A DNA stretch of 63,388 nt, the filler included, from Phoronis australis (taxonomy: Eukaryota > Animalia > Phoronida), in assembly GCA_002633005.1 (NCBI GenBank). It is 10 parts of 10 records of this genome, joined end to end, with 100 filler letters (N's around TTAATTAATTAA, not from the genome) between each part and the next. Parts side by side here need not be neighbours in the genome. Positions count along the whole stretch, not along the records: positions 1 to 7,840 come from NMRA01001972.1; positions 7,941 to 13,992 come from NMRA01002234.1; 8 more parts are not named here. The stretch is one strand, 5' to 3'. A model generated the notes under the pieces. It saw only the letters and a list, made by a program, of their open reading frames with translations, ran no database searches and was not told where the DNA came from. Below, in pieces: positions 1 through 12,076 of the stretch (the stretch's first letter is position 1; every line of letters starts with the position of its first letter). A program made the position numbers and the translations under genes.

Positions 1-430
1 TTTATGCATAGGAGTTTCTAGTTTAAGTTTGCCCTTGAAGACCCTTTTATTCGTGCTACAAACTCGAGTAAAAACTTGAAATTTCGAGTTCAAACTCGAA
101 CTTATTGCTTTAATATTGGGTTTACAAACTGTGAATTAAGGGCAATAAATTATCTATGTAAGTTATTGTGTACTCAAGCATAGAATAATAGACACTTATC
201 TTGAGTTCGCCCAAAAGTAGAGTAGAAATTGCCAAACCTAATTTCGAGTTCCATTTCGAGTAAAAAGATTGGAGACCGGGCCCCGGTCTAAACTGGAGTT
301 AAACCAGGTTTTACAAGACCACTGGTCTAAAAGTTAAACCACATTTATGAAATGCAGATTATCATTAAACCTGGTCTAAGTCCAGTTTAAACCTGGTTTA
401 ACTTTAAACCACGTTTATGAAATCGGCTGT
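1..430. mobile_element. Ends of nested PIF/Harbinger-like MITEs
   Basis: Internally repetitive, palindromic AAACTCGA/TTTCGAGT and TTAAACC(A/T)GG motifs. Ends resemble MITE termini (TTGGAGACCGGGCCC ~269-283, TTTATGAAATCGGCTG ~414-429). Left ends not found. Confidence 0.4.
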
Positions 431-1297
431 TTGAGAGTAGGCCTAGCCCTCGTAGAGTGCTACATAACTTAGAGTATAGTTTACAGTCACGTGTATCAAT
501 TATACTTCTCATGCTAGTTGTCTTTGGTAACATGGTAGTACTCAAACACAAAAATTAGCTAAACAAGAAAACGTGTAAAAAGTTGACCCGCAGTACATGT
601 CCAAACACCCTGAATTTGCAGCTGTTAGGAATGAATTAGGCAAGTTAAACACGACAAAATATCAAACCTTTTTCAAACACAAATACACGTAAGGTTTCCA
701 CAACGTAATGGAACATTGTTCATTCATAAACAATACGCGAGCAACGAACAAAATAAACTTCAACAACACGGAGCCTCTGTTCACCATAAACAGAGTTACA
801 TGACAGCCCGAAGTGATATCGTTACGGATGCTCTTCAAAAGTGCACACCTACTTTAACAAGATTAAACTTTCATGCAGTTGAACTATATGTATACTGCAG
901 AAAGAAGTTTTAGCGGGAACTTCGTGGCCCCTTCATATAATGTTTTAGTCTTTGCCAGGACTAAACTGACTTTATCTATTCTAATTATTAGGTGGAATAT
1001 TAGAACACCAGAAGTAGGTAACGTACAATGTACATACATCTATTTCTAGGAGCTCTATTCACCTATTTCACGAACGCGGGGTGCTGCTGTCGTGTTGATC
1101 GAAAACAAGGCGCCTTGACAAACATGGCATCGTCCTGCAAGCTGGTGTGGTCAAAAGACTTATCAACTTTACCAAAAATCAAGTTGTCTGATGTTGAATC
1201 GATCTCCAAAAAACATACCAATACGCACGGCAACTAAACTTTTACCCTCCTCAGCCATTTCTTCGTAGTTTTCCCTCTTTTGGAAAAGCGTGGAAGT

Positions 1298-3076
1298 CAG
1301 GGATATACCCAGGCTTATAGTCTTGAAAAACCCTGCTCGCCAGCTGGGCGAGTGCCGGAGCCAGAAAATCTACTCGCCCAGCCCGAAGTTCAGTCACCCG
1401 GCCGTTGGCGCCAGTCACCACAAACTTGCTGCTAGTTTAAATAAAAATCATCGTTTCGTGCAATGATGTCACCATCTATTAGGGCTACCGTATTCGCCCT
1501 AATAAGCGCCTGAGGAGGACGTTTTTTTTTGTAGCCTACGGCGGTTAAAACTCGGTCTCCGAAACGGGTTAAATCGGAAGCTAGGATTCATCAAATTTAC
1601 GCGCTGTGACGTATGTGTAACCTATGACAGACTTTCTACAAAACTGTGGTGCATTGCTATAAAACTCTGTTGTTAAATTACGATCTTTTTAAAAAAATGT
1701 GCTGAAATCCCAGGGCGAAAACTTGCCGACTGATGCGTCGCTGCTTCGCGATAGTCATAGGACAACTTGAATTCTTGAGTCATAATAGTTTCGACTCAAA
1801 TTACCGAAATCCTCCTTAAGTTTTCCAAATAGCCTTTCCTAAGATTCTTAAGTTCCTGTGGACTTGGAGTCGGGATTAACCGCAGATTAAGTCAAAATCT
1901 GTACTAGATCGCACCCCGCAACGAGAAAAATCTGGACGAACACGTATGTTGTTGTCCCATGACGTTTGTATTGAAGTGAGTCGACAGGTGTGCACCGAGT
2001 GAGCGAGCGCGTGCGGGTCACCAGTGTTCATTTGCCAGAGTAGCAGGCCCAATGAGCTGTATAATGTAGTATATTTACCTCATTGAGCAGGCCCACATGT
2101 TATATGTAGGTCCTAGCGCTTCTTGGCCCGGTTTCGATTCGCGATTTTTATAATTTTACGTGTACAAAGCAATCTGGATTCCTGTTGTGGGAGGAGATCT
2201 GTACGGGAAAGATACAATACCAATCACGTTGACCTGAGTACGCTGCGTCTCAGTGTTTTGAAGGGCCAGACCATATAGTGTGACACTTTCCTCGCAAGAT
2301 CAGCAAATCTTTTGCGTTCTTTTTGAAGCACTGCGGAACGGTTTGAAATGTACAGCCACGGCTTTTACCGACATAGCGGCGAGGCTCGTGGTCTACATGT
2401 ACTAGAAATTCCGCGCACAATGATTTTTTCAGGACTGTCGTATATTATTGATAAATTAAATACATTACTGTAGAATTTTAGAACTGTGACGTAACACATT
2501 TTTTGCACAAATATATACACATTCCATGGACTGGGCGCTTATTTTCGGCTAAATCTGAAAACGAGTGGGGACGCTTATAGGGGCATGGCACTTAATAGGA
2601 CGAATGTTATGAAAAATAATTTTGGCTAAAGTGACATTGTAGGCCTACATTACAATAAAAAATCAGTTCCAAGAAATATAGTATTTCATTTGCTATGAGC
2701 ACATGGACCGGTCTTCCACCTTTCTCCCCTTTTCTTAGTTTCGGACTAGTCCACAAATTCTTTGTGCACGACCACACACCGATTTTTTGACGAATCGCGT
2801 AACGGGTGACATGTACTTAGTCGGTAGCGTCGCACTGCGCCGATATTTTTTTACTCCCGGAGCATCGACACGATGATCAAACTGAACTTTAAATTCATGA
2901 TAAAACAGCACAAGGAGGAGGAAAATTATTCATATTCATCTGGGAAACTATGTATAGTGTTTTTGCGCTTTGAAATTCGCTCGCCACCTGGGCGACCGGC
3001 AAGTCAACTTCTACTCGCCCATCACCATTTTTATTCGCATCGTTGGCGACTGGGCGAGTGGCTAAGTACATCCCTG
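1298..3076. mobile_element. CAGGG-terminal (hAT-like) non-autonomous element inserted in the THAP ORF
   Basis: TIR CAGGGATATAC / GTACATCCCTG. Subterminal CTCGCC/GGCGAG repeats at both ends. Flanks GGAAGT/GGAAGG form a near-perfect 6-bp TSD. It splits the THAP reading frame. Confidence 0.65.
1488..2606. mobile_element. TA-CCGTA type (Tc1/mariner/pogo-like) MITE
   Basis: Starts TA|CCGTATTCGCCCTAATAAGCGCC, degraded inverted end GGCACTTAATAGGACGAAT. Segment ~2360-2600 is the reverse complement of the copy at 41261-41470. Confidence 0.65.
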
Positions 3077-3733
3077 GGAAGGATACTGACGAGTTATAAC
3101 TGGAATTGGTACGTTCAGGCACTGCACAGTACAACATGGCCAGCTGATGATCACTCACGAGGTTTTATCAGTGTGCCTCGTTTTCGATCAGTATTTAAAG
3201 ATGGCGCGGGAAGATGGCGCTTTCGTGAAATAGGTGAATATAATGGCTGAACTGAGTATTCCTTATCAATAGAAGGCATCCAAAATCCGTGTTAGAACAA
3301 CGTCCTGCCTTTACACAGGTCATGCTCTGTATACAATTTATAATGACAGTTTAACAAAAAAATATTTCCCTCAGTAATTGATGGTACTCAAGAGGAACAC
3401 TTAAGACTTCTTTTTTCTGAAAGCGCAAATTCCAAACAGTGATCAGATTGAGAAATGTATTTTTATGTTAATGCCATGGAACCTTAAGGTCCTATGAAGG
3501 CAAATTACGTGTACGTCAAACCCAATAACAAAGCGATGAATTTAAATGTAACTACTGTAATAGACACCAAAGGGATGAAACCGATTAATGTTATCTGCAG
3601 TGGCAATGAAATGGTTAACATGTTTTGGCGATACATATAATAGTCAACATAAAGTCATTTAATTTAAAAGGCAATGGTTGCAAAGAATATTTTCAAGGTT
3701 CATTTTAGGACAATGCTCACTATGCATACTTAC

Positions 3734-3823
3734 AAGTTCGTCCAATGGTTGGTTAATGTTCCATTTATTCTTGATCAATTTCTGAAGAGGCACACAGTCG
3801 CCATCTCTCACAGCATTTATAAC
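3734..3823 (-). CDS. Orphan internal exon, ankyrin-repeat-like (VINAVRDGDCVPLQKLIKNKWNINQPLDEL)
   Basis: TTATTTCCAG acceptor, GTAAGT donor, 90 bp, phase 0/0, open frame. Resembles the ankyrin pattern A..GD...L..LI.....IN. Partner exons not found. Confidence 0.5.
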
Positions 3824-6800
3824 CTGGAAATAATAACAAATAAATATGAATTACACTTCACACAGTGTACATGTACTATTGTCATCGAGTCATTTCATTG
3901 GTTCACACTTCCAAATGACCTTTAAACATTGTTACAACTTCCCGTCAGTTATGACGTCAGCTGATACAGATCAAGATGCGTCTTGTTCCTAACAAGTTTA
4001 GACACAATTTTAGGAAAACTAGCTGCCACTATTATGTTGCTGTGGAAACTTTTAGTCATTTACCGACTATCTTCTTTGACTGCACGCTGAACGAAGATCC
4101 GAAAACAGAGATTTTCCAAGACATTGAACAATACCCCGACATTCACTAAGATTACTCTGAATTCCCTCATGTGTTTCACAAACTCAACATTTTGCTAAAT
4201 AGATTAAGAAAATTGGTTGCACTGGCAATACGGCTCTACTTGAAAGTTCAGTACATTTCGATTTCATAACATTTGATGCTAAAACTGAAAGAGCTTAGTT
4301 CTTAATGTTTAAAATAGATTATAGGGAACAAATAAAATATCATAAGAATAATATATGTTTTAGGTTGTATTGGTAATCCTCATCTGTTTAATGTGTAATC
4401 TCTTTTGATCATTATCGACATGACAGTGTACAAAATGTCGTACATTAACCCTAAATTTGATTTATCTATCTATTCTTTACAATTGGTAATGTTGTACACT
4501 TCACTGAAGTTTTTGTTTCATTGATGTTTGTATAACTAATTGTATATGTATTTATTTGGGTTCCTCTTCCAATACTCATATATATTTGTACTGTGCGATC
4601 TCCTTCTTTAACGAAACTCACATTAACAAAATATATGCTCAGAAAACGTGAAGACAGTTTTTACATAGTAAAAATGAACATGGCATGTACCAAAAACTAG
4701 TTTCAATATGTAGACTAAAAACATCACGCCCCGCCCATTCTCAGTCACCAACGTTCTGTCTACATTACTTTAGGTCTCCATCACATCAAACTACACGTCA
4801 TAGATCGTGTGCATCAAACTACATCTCATACATTGTATGCATCAACCTACATGTCGTACATTGTATGCAAACCTGTTGCATTCGTGGACACAAAGAGCTT
4901 TTCAAACAAATCAAGCTTCATTTGTCAAATAAAAATTCCACTTCCTGTCATATCTCAAATAATCCCAAAATAATCACAAAATGCATTTTCTCCCTTAAGA
5001 CCGATAATGTTCATTTAACAAAGCCGTTACAATTATCATTACCGAATCGGCTATCCCCATCGGCTGTATTGTACCGATGAAATTATTCCGAATAAACGCT
5101 CAAGCGTTCTAAATTCTGGTGCTAAGTGTCCAGATAGCGGGGCGTTTGTTCGAAAAATGTCATCAGTCACTGTCCGGGCGTTTATTTGGGGTCACTTAAA
5201 CGCCTGACGATCTTCGTTATCCGAATACACCCTCACGGGCTTATATACGAAATATCCCAGGAGCTATAGGCGCCGTGGAAAGAGACGAATCTCGGGGGCG
5301 GTTACTGAAACAGTCATTCCACACGGAAAGGTACACTCCAGAGTTAGAGAGTCATTTCTTGAACAACTTGTGTATTCATACATCCTAGTGAGATATGCTC
5401 AAAATAGTCTTGGGCAATATTTTTTAAAATAAAGTATCATGGATATTTTGTCCCAAATAGCTCGCTTCGGGTTCGAAAAGGTTCAACTCGAAGATAGTTT
5501 TAATACGTCTTAAAAGAACGAGAGAATAAATCTTTAACACTTTTATGTAGACATCGCACGTCTCTATCAGAAGATAGTCCTTGTATTTTCAAAGGAGATT
5601 ATAGTAAGCTTCATTGGAGTGTCACAATTTCNCCCCCCCCCCCCCCAACTAAAATTTTGAATCTGCCTTGATTTTCGTTTACTTGATCAACAGCTGTCCA
5701 ACTTAAACAAAATAGCAAGTGATCTTTTTCTTTGTTTCCAAGCAACAGTCGATAGAGTGGATATCCCATTGCCTACAGTCCTTGGCAACAAGCTGCATGC
5801 AGCTGTATCTAGTAGTAAACACTCTGAACAGGCTCACCCTCTGGTGGTACTTTCTATAACTAGATTAATGTGGCGAACCTACACTGTATATAAGTATTTT
5901 CTTCTATCCAGAAAACGCTAACACAATCGTGGGAATCGTCCATATGTCTAAGATGTAACTCCCTCTGTCGGACGTAGGTTTGTACGTACATGTATGTATA
6001 TGTGCCAAAAATTAAGCAATTTTAGAGTATAGCTACAAATGCTGCCGTCTACCCAATCAAAAAGTGAGTTAAAATTTGACACAGACTTAGCAATAACGTT
6101 CAAACACTTGTACCATTTTAATAATGTTTTCAGTTTTTTAGTTCAGATATCGATGTGTTGCATGTGCTTTTGTATTTCAGTGAATGAATAACGTTTGGTT
6201 CGTCCCTTTCATATAGTCTCAAACCCTTAATTCTGAAACTATTGCTTTTAATAAAAGAGCATCGGCCTTTAAATAGTTGTTGAAATGATTATATAGCGTA
6301 ACCGAATGAAATTATTTGTTTTACATAAGTCTCGAATTATACGTGGCAGTCGACACAATAATTACGTAAAACTTTCCTAAATGTCCAAATACGCTTTGAA
6401 ACCCCGCTAACGGCCACTGAGAGCTCCAGCTGTTTTTGGGGAGGGGGCTGGAGTTAACTAATATCGAAGTACGTTGTAGTTGAACATCATACTTGAACTC
6501 TCTTACACGCAAGTCGGTAACTGAAGGTCACGTGGTTCATCAAACCGGGAAAGGATTGGCCTTTAGTTGGCACTGCAGAGTAACCAGGATTCAAATATCA
6601 AGCTTTAACGGGTCTTTGTTGTAACAACGCGATGTTGTGGATTTCACACTGCCTTTTAGATGAGAATACAACCCTTGTGAAGATGAAAGACTGCAAATAC
6701 CTAAGTAGCGTTGCCTGTTATTTGAAAACGCAAACTGGCTTGTTACCGGGGGGGCTTGATCTGATTTATTACGAAAGTGACTCATATCATTTCCAACAAA

Positions 6801-7321
6801 AACCCTTAAAGGCAAATTATTCAACAAAGTTATTAACTAAATAAAACATTTCCCGACTTGATTTTCCTGGAAAATTTGGGCTCCTATATTCAAATTCAAA
6901 CAATTTAATAAACTTTGATTGCAAAAAAATTGAGCTGTTTAAGTAATGAATAAGACATCAAAAGACAGGTGTCGATAAATTCCTCCGAAAGGTCAAGCTT
7001 TGAAAGGTGACCTTTTCCCATGCTAATCAGCCACTTAGTTGGGTACAGTCTCTAAATGGTTTAGCATCCTCAGTAATGTCCACGTCACTACACTACGTCA
7101 GTCACCGATCTAGAGATGGATGAAATGTATCGAGGCACAGAGCAGACTGCTTGAATAATGACTGGTTTTAGGCCTAATTATTTTCATCGCAGGCCCCTTT
7201 CAACTTTTGAAACGCAGTGTGAATGTGTGAATGGTTGGAAAATTAAAAACCTGTATAACCACACCGATGAAGCTCTTTGGATCGTTCGGTTGAACAGTGC
7301 TTGGACGATAATCAGTGGTAG

Positions 7322-7367
7322 ATTCCTATCATAGACATCACAGTATTAAGATGTCTATGATTCCTAT
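7322..7367. mobile_element. 30-bp TIR remnant with 8-bp TSD (P-element-like footprint)
   Basis: ATTCCTAT + CATAGACATC-ACAGTATTAA-GATGTCTATG + ATTCCTAT. Confidence 0.7.
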
Positions 7368-7840
7368 ACACTAGTAATTTTCGTCAAACTGAATATCTCG
7401 TCCAACGGTCACATGTCTACATTTTCACTGTGAAGAAACAAAGCTGTTTTACTATTTTTCAAAAATCAGAGTTTCGGATTACAGTTAATTTCATTTTAAA
7501 AAAACATTCACACAAGTAAAAGATCAAAACGTGCTTGATGCCTGTTTACGGAAATGGGTTTGGGTCGGACAGATAAATGTTGACTTGTAATGCGGGATGT
7601 GTCGACCAGTGAATATTACTATTGATCACTGATCCAAAAGTCATGTGAAGCTCCAGCGCAGTCAGTATGCCTTCAAAGAGATGCACATGTACACTGAATG
7701 CTATAGGCGCACATTTGCATCATTGGAGGTACACGGGTAATAGACAAACCTATTGGATTAATTTTGACGATCTCACTTGATTGCTTCGTGATTGTTTTGG
7801 TGGTGTCAAAAAGTGGCATATATTGGCAGGGGGGGGGGCG

Positions 7841-7940
7841 NNNNNNNNNNNNNNNNNNNNNNNNNNNNNNNNNNNNNNNNNNNNTTAATTAATTAANNNN
7901 NNNNNNNNNNNNNNNNNNNNNNNNNNNNNNNNNNNNNNNN
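7841..7940. other. Artificial contig spacer N44-TTAATTAATTAA-N44 (first of nine)
   Basis: Identical 100-bp spacers at 7841, 13993, 27616, 36451, 42598, 48370, 52894, 57050 and 60336. TTAATTAATTAA places stops in all six frames. Confidence 0.95.
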
Positions 7941-10900
7941 CAAACAACTGTGTTTGCAAAAAATCTTAAGCTGTGTTCAGAATTTCTTACATGGCTTTTT
8001 AATTTTTGTTTGACCGGCTGCGTGCATCACTAAGTCCCGTTTTATTAGCTGGTACTCCACGTTTTCATAATACGATTGAGGTTGGTAGACTTTTTATCGC
8101 CATTTCCATGAAATAGTGTCAATTGCCGTGAAAAAAATGTGACCACATGATAATACCTTGTTTGTGATAATAACTTGTGTTACCTGTACAAGTCGTCGGG
8201 AGAATTTCCAAATAATTATATGTCGTGTCCCATTCTAAAGTGTTTCTCGCCTAGCCTACGCGTGGAGCGCTTGCTGACGTTGTTTGAGGCCGTGAATTCT
8301 CAGTGAGCTACGAGGTGTGGCGTCCCTAATTAATTGATACTGTAAGAAAAACTGGAAACATCGCCTAAAAAGCTTGTTACAATTAAAGGTTTTCTACCCA
8401 GTGCAGAGACCAATTAGGTACTTTAGCCTCTGCGCTAAATCTCGGTTGTGATCAAGAGAAACCGAACCCAGGAGGTTACGTCGAGAATTTGGTGCCCCAA
8501 AGGTCAGAATTTTATGAACAGTCCCGCACGTCGGAAATTTTCAGTTTTACTGAAGGTTTAGGTTTTGTGTGGCCTTTTTTCATCTTGAGTCTAGCCACTT
8601 GTATGAACAGAAATTGACGGACCGTTAAATTGTTTTCGATTTCATCGTATCTTTTTATCTGTATTTGAGGAAACAAATTTTATAGATGATGTGTTCTTGT
8701 TAGCTCGACAAGCTCGAAATCAAGTCATAACAAAGTATTTTCAATATGTCATATGAATTTGTTTTCGCTTATTTCATATGTTTTTGGCAATTAAATGCCA
8801 CACCACTGACCTGATTTGGCAGATTGTCCATATGCTATAGGCCTGTATTATTAAGAGGATACAAAACCCTGTTTTAGGCCATTAACAGACGTTAACAGAG
8901 ACAAGATCACTTAATAAATCTTTGGAATCAAATGATATCTGTAACAATTAGCAACCGTCAAAGATTTGGAATTGGTTTGGAAACTTAGTGACGACATCGA
9001 AATCGGTGAATGTGACTGACAGGTCCGTCTTTTCGAACAACATGATCCACTTTTAACGCATTTAGAAAGTGTCGAAGAACGTGTGCGCACCATGAAATAG
9101 GTTTCGTGTCAGAAAAGCGATATATCGCAAGACCACGCAAAATTATGCAAGTGAATGACGAGTGCTTAAACTTTGGACTTTATCCCTGGCTACGCTAGCA
9201 AAATGACCGCCACCGAAATATTTTATCGCCTAAACTGAAATGTTGAATTTTGAGAGAAAATTCACGGTTTCCGTTCCATAAGCGCAGATTTCTCTCCGCA
9301 AGTGTCTCGCGTGTGAATTGCGTGTACGAATCGACAAGCCCCTGAATAATGCCTTATTTCTCAGCGAGAGTACTAGGGGCCTACTGTAACTGCGAAATCG
9401 AGCAGCTTACAGAATCAGTTTTGGATGGAATCAGCAAATTAGTAAAGTACGTCCCATCTCCATTTTAGGATGTTGTCCTGATTTTAGTGCGATTTTTGTT
9501 ATTTAGCTTTTCTTCCTCAGCCTCGTGTTTCCAACCAAGCTTATAGTCTGTTAGTCATGTACGCAACATTAATACAAAGATAACACTAACAGGTTTTTGT
9601 AACAGTATGAACACGAGATAACCTACTGTAGGTTTCACTTACTTGAGCTTTCTAACCCTTCTCTGTTGCCTAGTAACAATGTACACAGGTCCAAACAGCT
9701 ACTGTCCATATAAAGTCTCGAAAGACTGAATAGACTCTGTTTATTGTGATGTGTTTCATCGGGTTTGCCATCCTTGTTGTTTCCTAATCATGTCATTCAG
9801 TTACTCATAAAACTACTTTGACCTATGTCTGACAATCAACTCCGTTACCGGACAGTACGTCTGAAAAGGTAGTTTTATATCTTACAGTTTAATCTCAAAG
9901 AAATGAAAAATAATTGAAAACACTGTTTTTCACATGTTTCTGAAGAAGGGAGGCAACTTTATACACGTAGAGGCTATCCGAGTAAGTCTTCTGACATCCC
10001 GAACAAACGCTCTCACAAGACAATGTATTCCACAAAATATGTTTTGAAGTTTAATTGTCAGTCTTGAATTTAAAAACTGTTACGTTGCTAAACACATTCA
10101 TCTATACGGAAATAATTGCCAATCAATTGATGGTTTTACTATCGTGTGATTTTTTTATAATTGTAATTGTATATTCGGTGAAACCTGGTTAAAGAAGAAC
10201 CAAGGCTTGCTATTGTTGAGTTACATGTGCTTTGAACGAGGTCGGCTGCATTCGTTATTTCTCAGTAAACGTTGCTCAATCGTTTGCAATACAAGTATTT
10301 TGGACGAAGCTTCTCAACGACAGTTCACAGCACTAGCAAAGTGTATCGCGTTTCAAAAAATAATCGTCTCAAATACACGCCCACATCAAAAACCAGGAAA
10401 TGGCGAAAATATAGAAGCCATAGACTTCTGAAGAACAGTTGCCCATTATCTTAAAACAATGATAGTACAATCATGCTTTTGATTTTTCACCACTTGGAGC
10501 ATACAGTACTGCTGTACATGTCCTCGAACAGTTAGGTTTCCTCCATTGGAACATATCCACGTTACAGAAAGCCTTGACCTGCATCTCTGTCTGCCTTGCA
10601 ATATTATATTTTTAGCTAATAGGCTAACAACGTACAACATTCTCTCAGCCCCGGGAAATTACCAGACCGCAAACAAGCATTTAATTTTGTACTTTAAAGT
10701 CTATGACACATCATTCTTAATCTGAAAAATCAATTTTTTCGTTATTTTTGAAAAAGACTTCCGTTTGAAGTGGTTTGCATTATTATTTGCGGCATATTTT
10801 TTAAAGAAATTGGTATTGAGGTTAACGACAGGCCATCAGAAGAAATTCGTTCACGGTACATGTACATGATCAAACGTCACAACTTTCTTGTCTCGTAGGT

Positions 10901-11998
10901 CCACAGACCACACGTCTCGCAAAATGCTCGTAAGACAATGTGTAAACTAACTGTTTATAAAGTGTCGATGTCTCTCAATTTACGGTGGTCAAAATATCAA
11001 TCTCATTACATTAAGCCGCCTGCGAATGGGAATTAGACAGTTTACTCACAATTTGCGGGAGTTATCCTTGCCCAACCGCATTTAGACTTGACGGCTTGAG
11101 CAGCGATTATATACATGTAGTACGTGGTAGCTGCAGGAATGGGACCTGACGTTTTCTGTTCTGCACAAGGAAGTGAAAGCAGACACGTGTTTTTATCTTA
11201 CGAGTGGGTTTATGGTTTTATTGGTTTTATATACTTTCTTAGCAACGTATCAATGAGCTTAGCAATGAATAAATATCATAATGGACTCTTAAAATAACGA
11301 TTTCTTTAAAGATACGTAGTACTGACACACATTTCATTATTATGAGTGGGGTACAAAAAACATGAACACGCCTCTAAATTCCAAAGCTAAAGTTCTTGAC
11401 AAGCAGACTAAAACACGAGGTTCAACACCCCACGCACTCACGCACCGACTCATGATAGGAAGACTCCATGATCGCAGTTTTAGTTCGCAGAGACGCGGCT
11501 ATGGAATCTGGTTCCCTGTGGTGGACTTTGGTCGTGTGAAGAACAATTTTCGGTGCGTGTACGGAGTTGAGGAGTGAGATTCTGGAGATTTTCACATCGT
11601 CTCTAGCGTCTGCTGATTCGGGACTGGCGTTTAGGGGATCGTAGCTGGAATTGAGAGACGTGGTCATAAAATTGTTTCTACTCGTATAGATGAGAAGGTA
11701 TAAGTTTAGCTGACTCACTATGTCAGTCAGGCAACTAATTCAAACGTCCAACCGCGTAACAGCTTCGCCCGAAGTCCAATCTGCCTACAACCAAAAATTA
11801 CATGTCTGAAGCTTCTTGTTTCTATCGCGTGTTCTGACAAGATAAAACTGTTTGTTGCATGGTGCTCTACGTGTATCTCTTTAGGTTGTTTCACGGATCA
11901 TGGTGAGCGGATATCTAATTTCGCAGTATCAATTCGACCCCTTCCGCAGTCATTATCGCCGGTGTTTGATAAGCAAAGGTTTGCTTTCTAAATTGTGC

Positions 11999-12076
11999 TT
12001 TATTGGATGCTCAGTTATCTGCACGTGACTTGGCACGTTTATTGGATGCCAAGTTATCTGCGCGTGACTTCGCACG
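11999..12076. promoter_or_regulatory. 39-bp tandem duplicate carrying CCAAT-box, GATA and E-box-like motifs
   Basis: TTTATTGGATGCTCAGTTATCTGCACGTGACTTGGCACG x2 with few mismatches; contains ATTGG, TTATCT and CACGTGAC. Confidence 0.35.

Larger units (their letters stand above)
1059..3237. mobile_element. ISL2EU-like non-autonomous DNA transposon, interrupted by nested insertions
   Basis: TIR TCACCTATTTCACGAA (1059) / TTCGTGAAATAGGTGA (3237), flanked by AT on both sides. Convergent ORF stubs: plus MASSCKLVWSKDLSTLPKIKLSDVE, minus THAP start MLYCAVPExTNSSYNSSVSF|HAFPKEGKLR..KWLRRVK. Confidence 0.65.
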
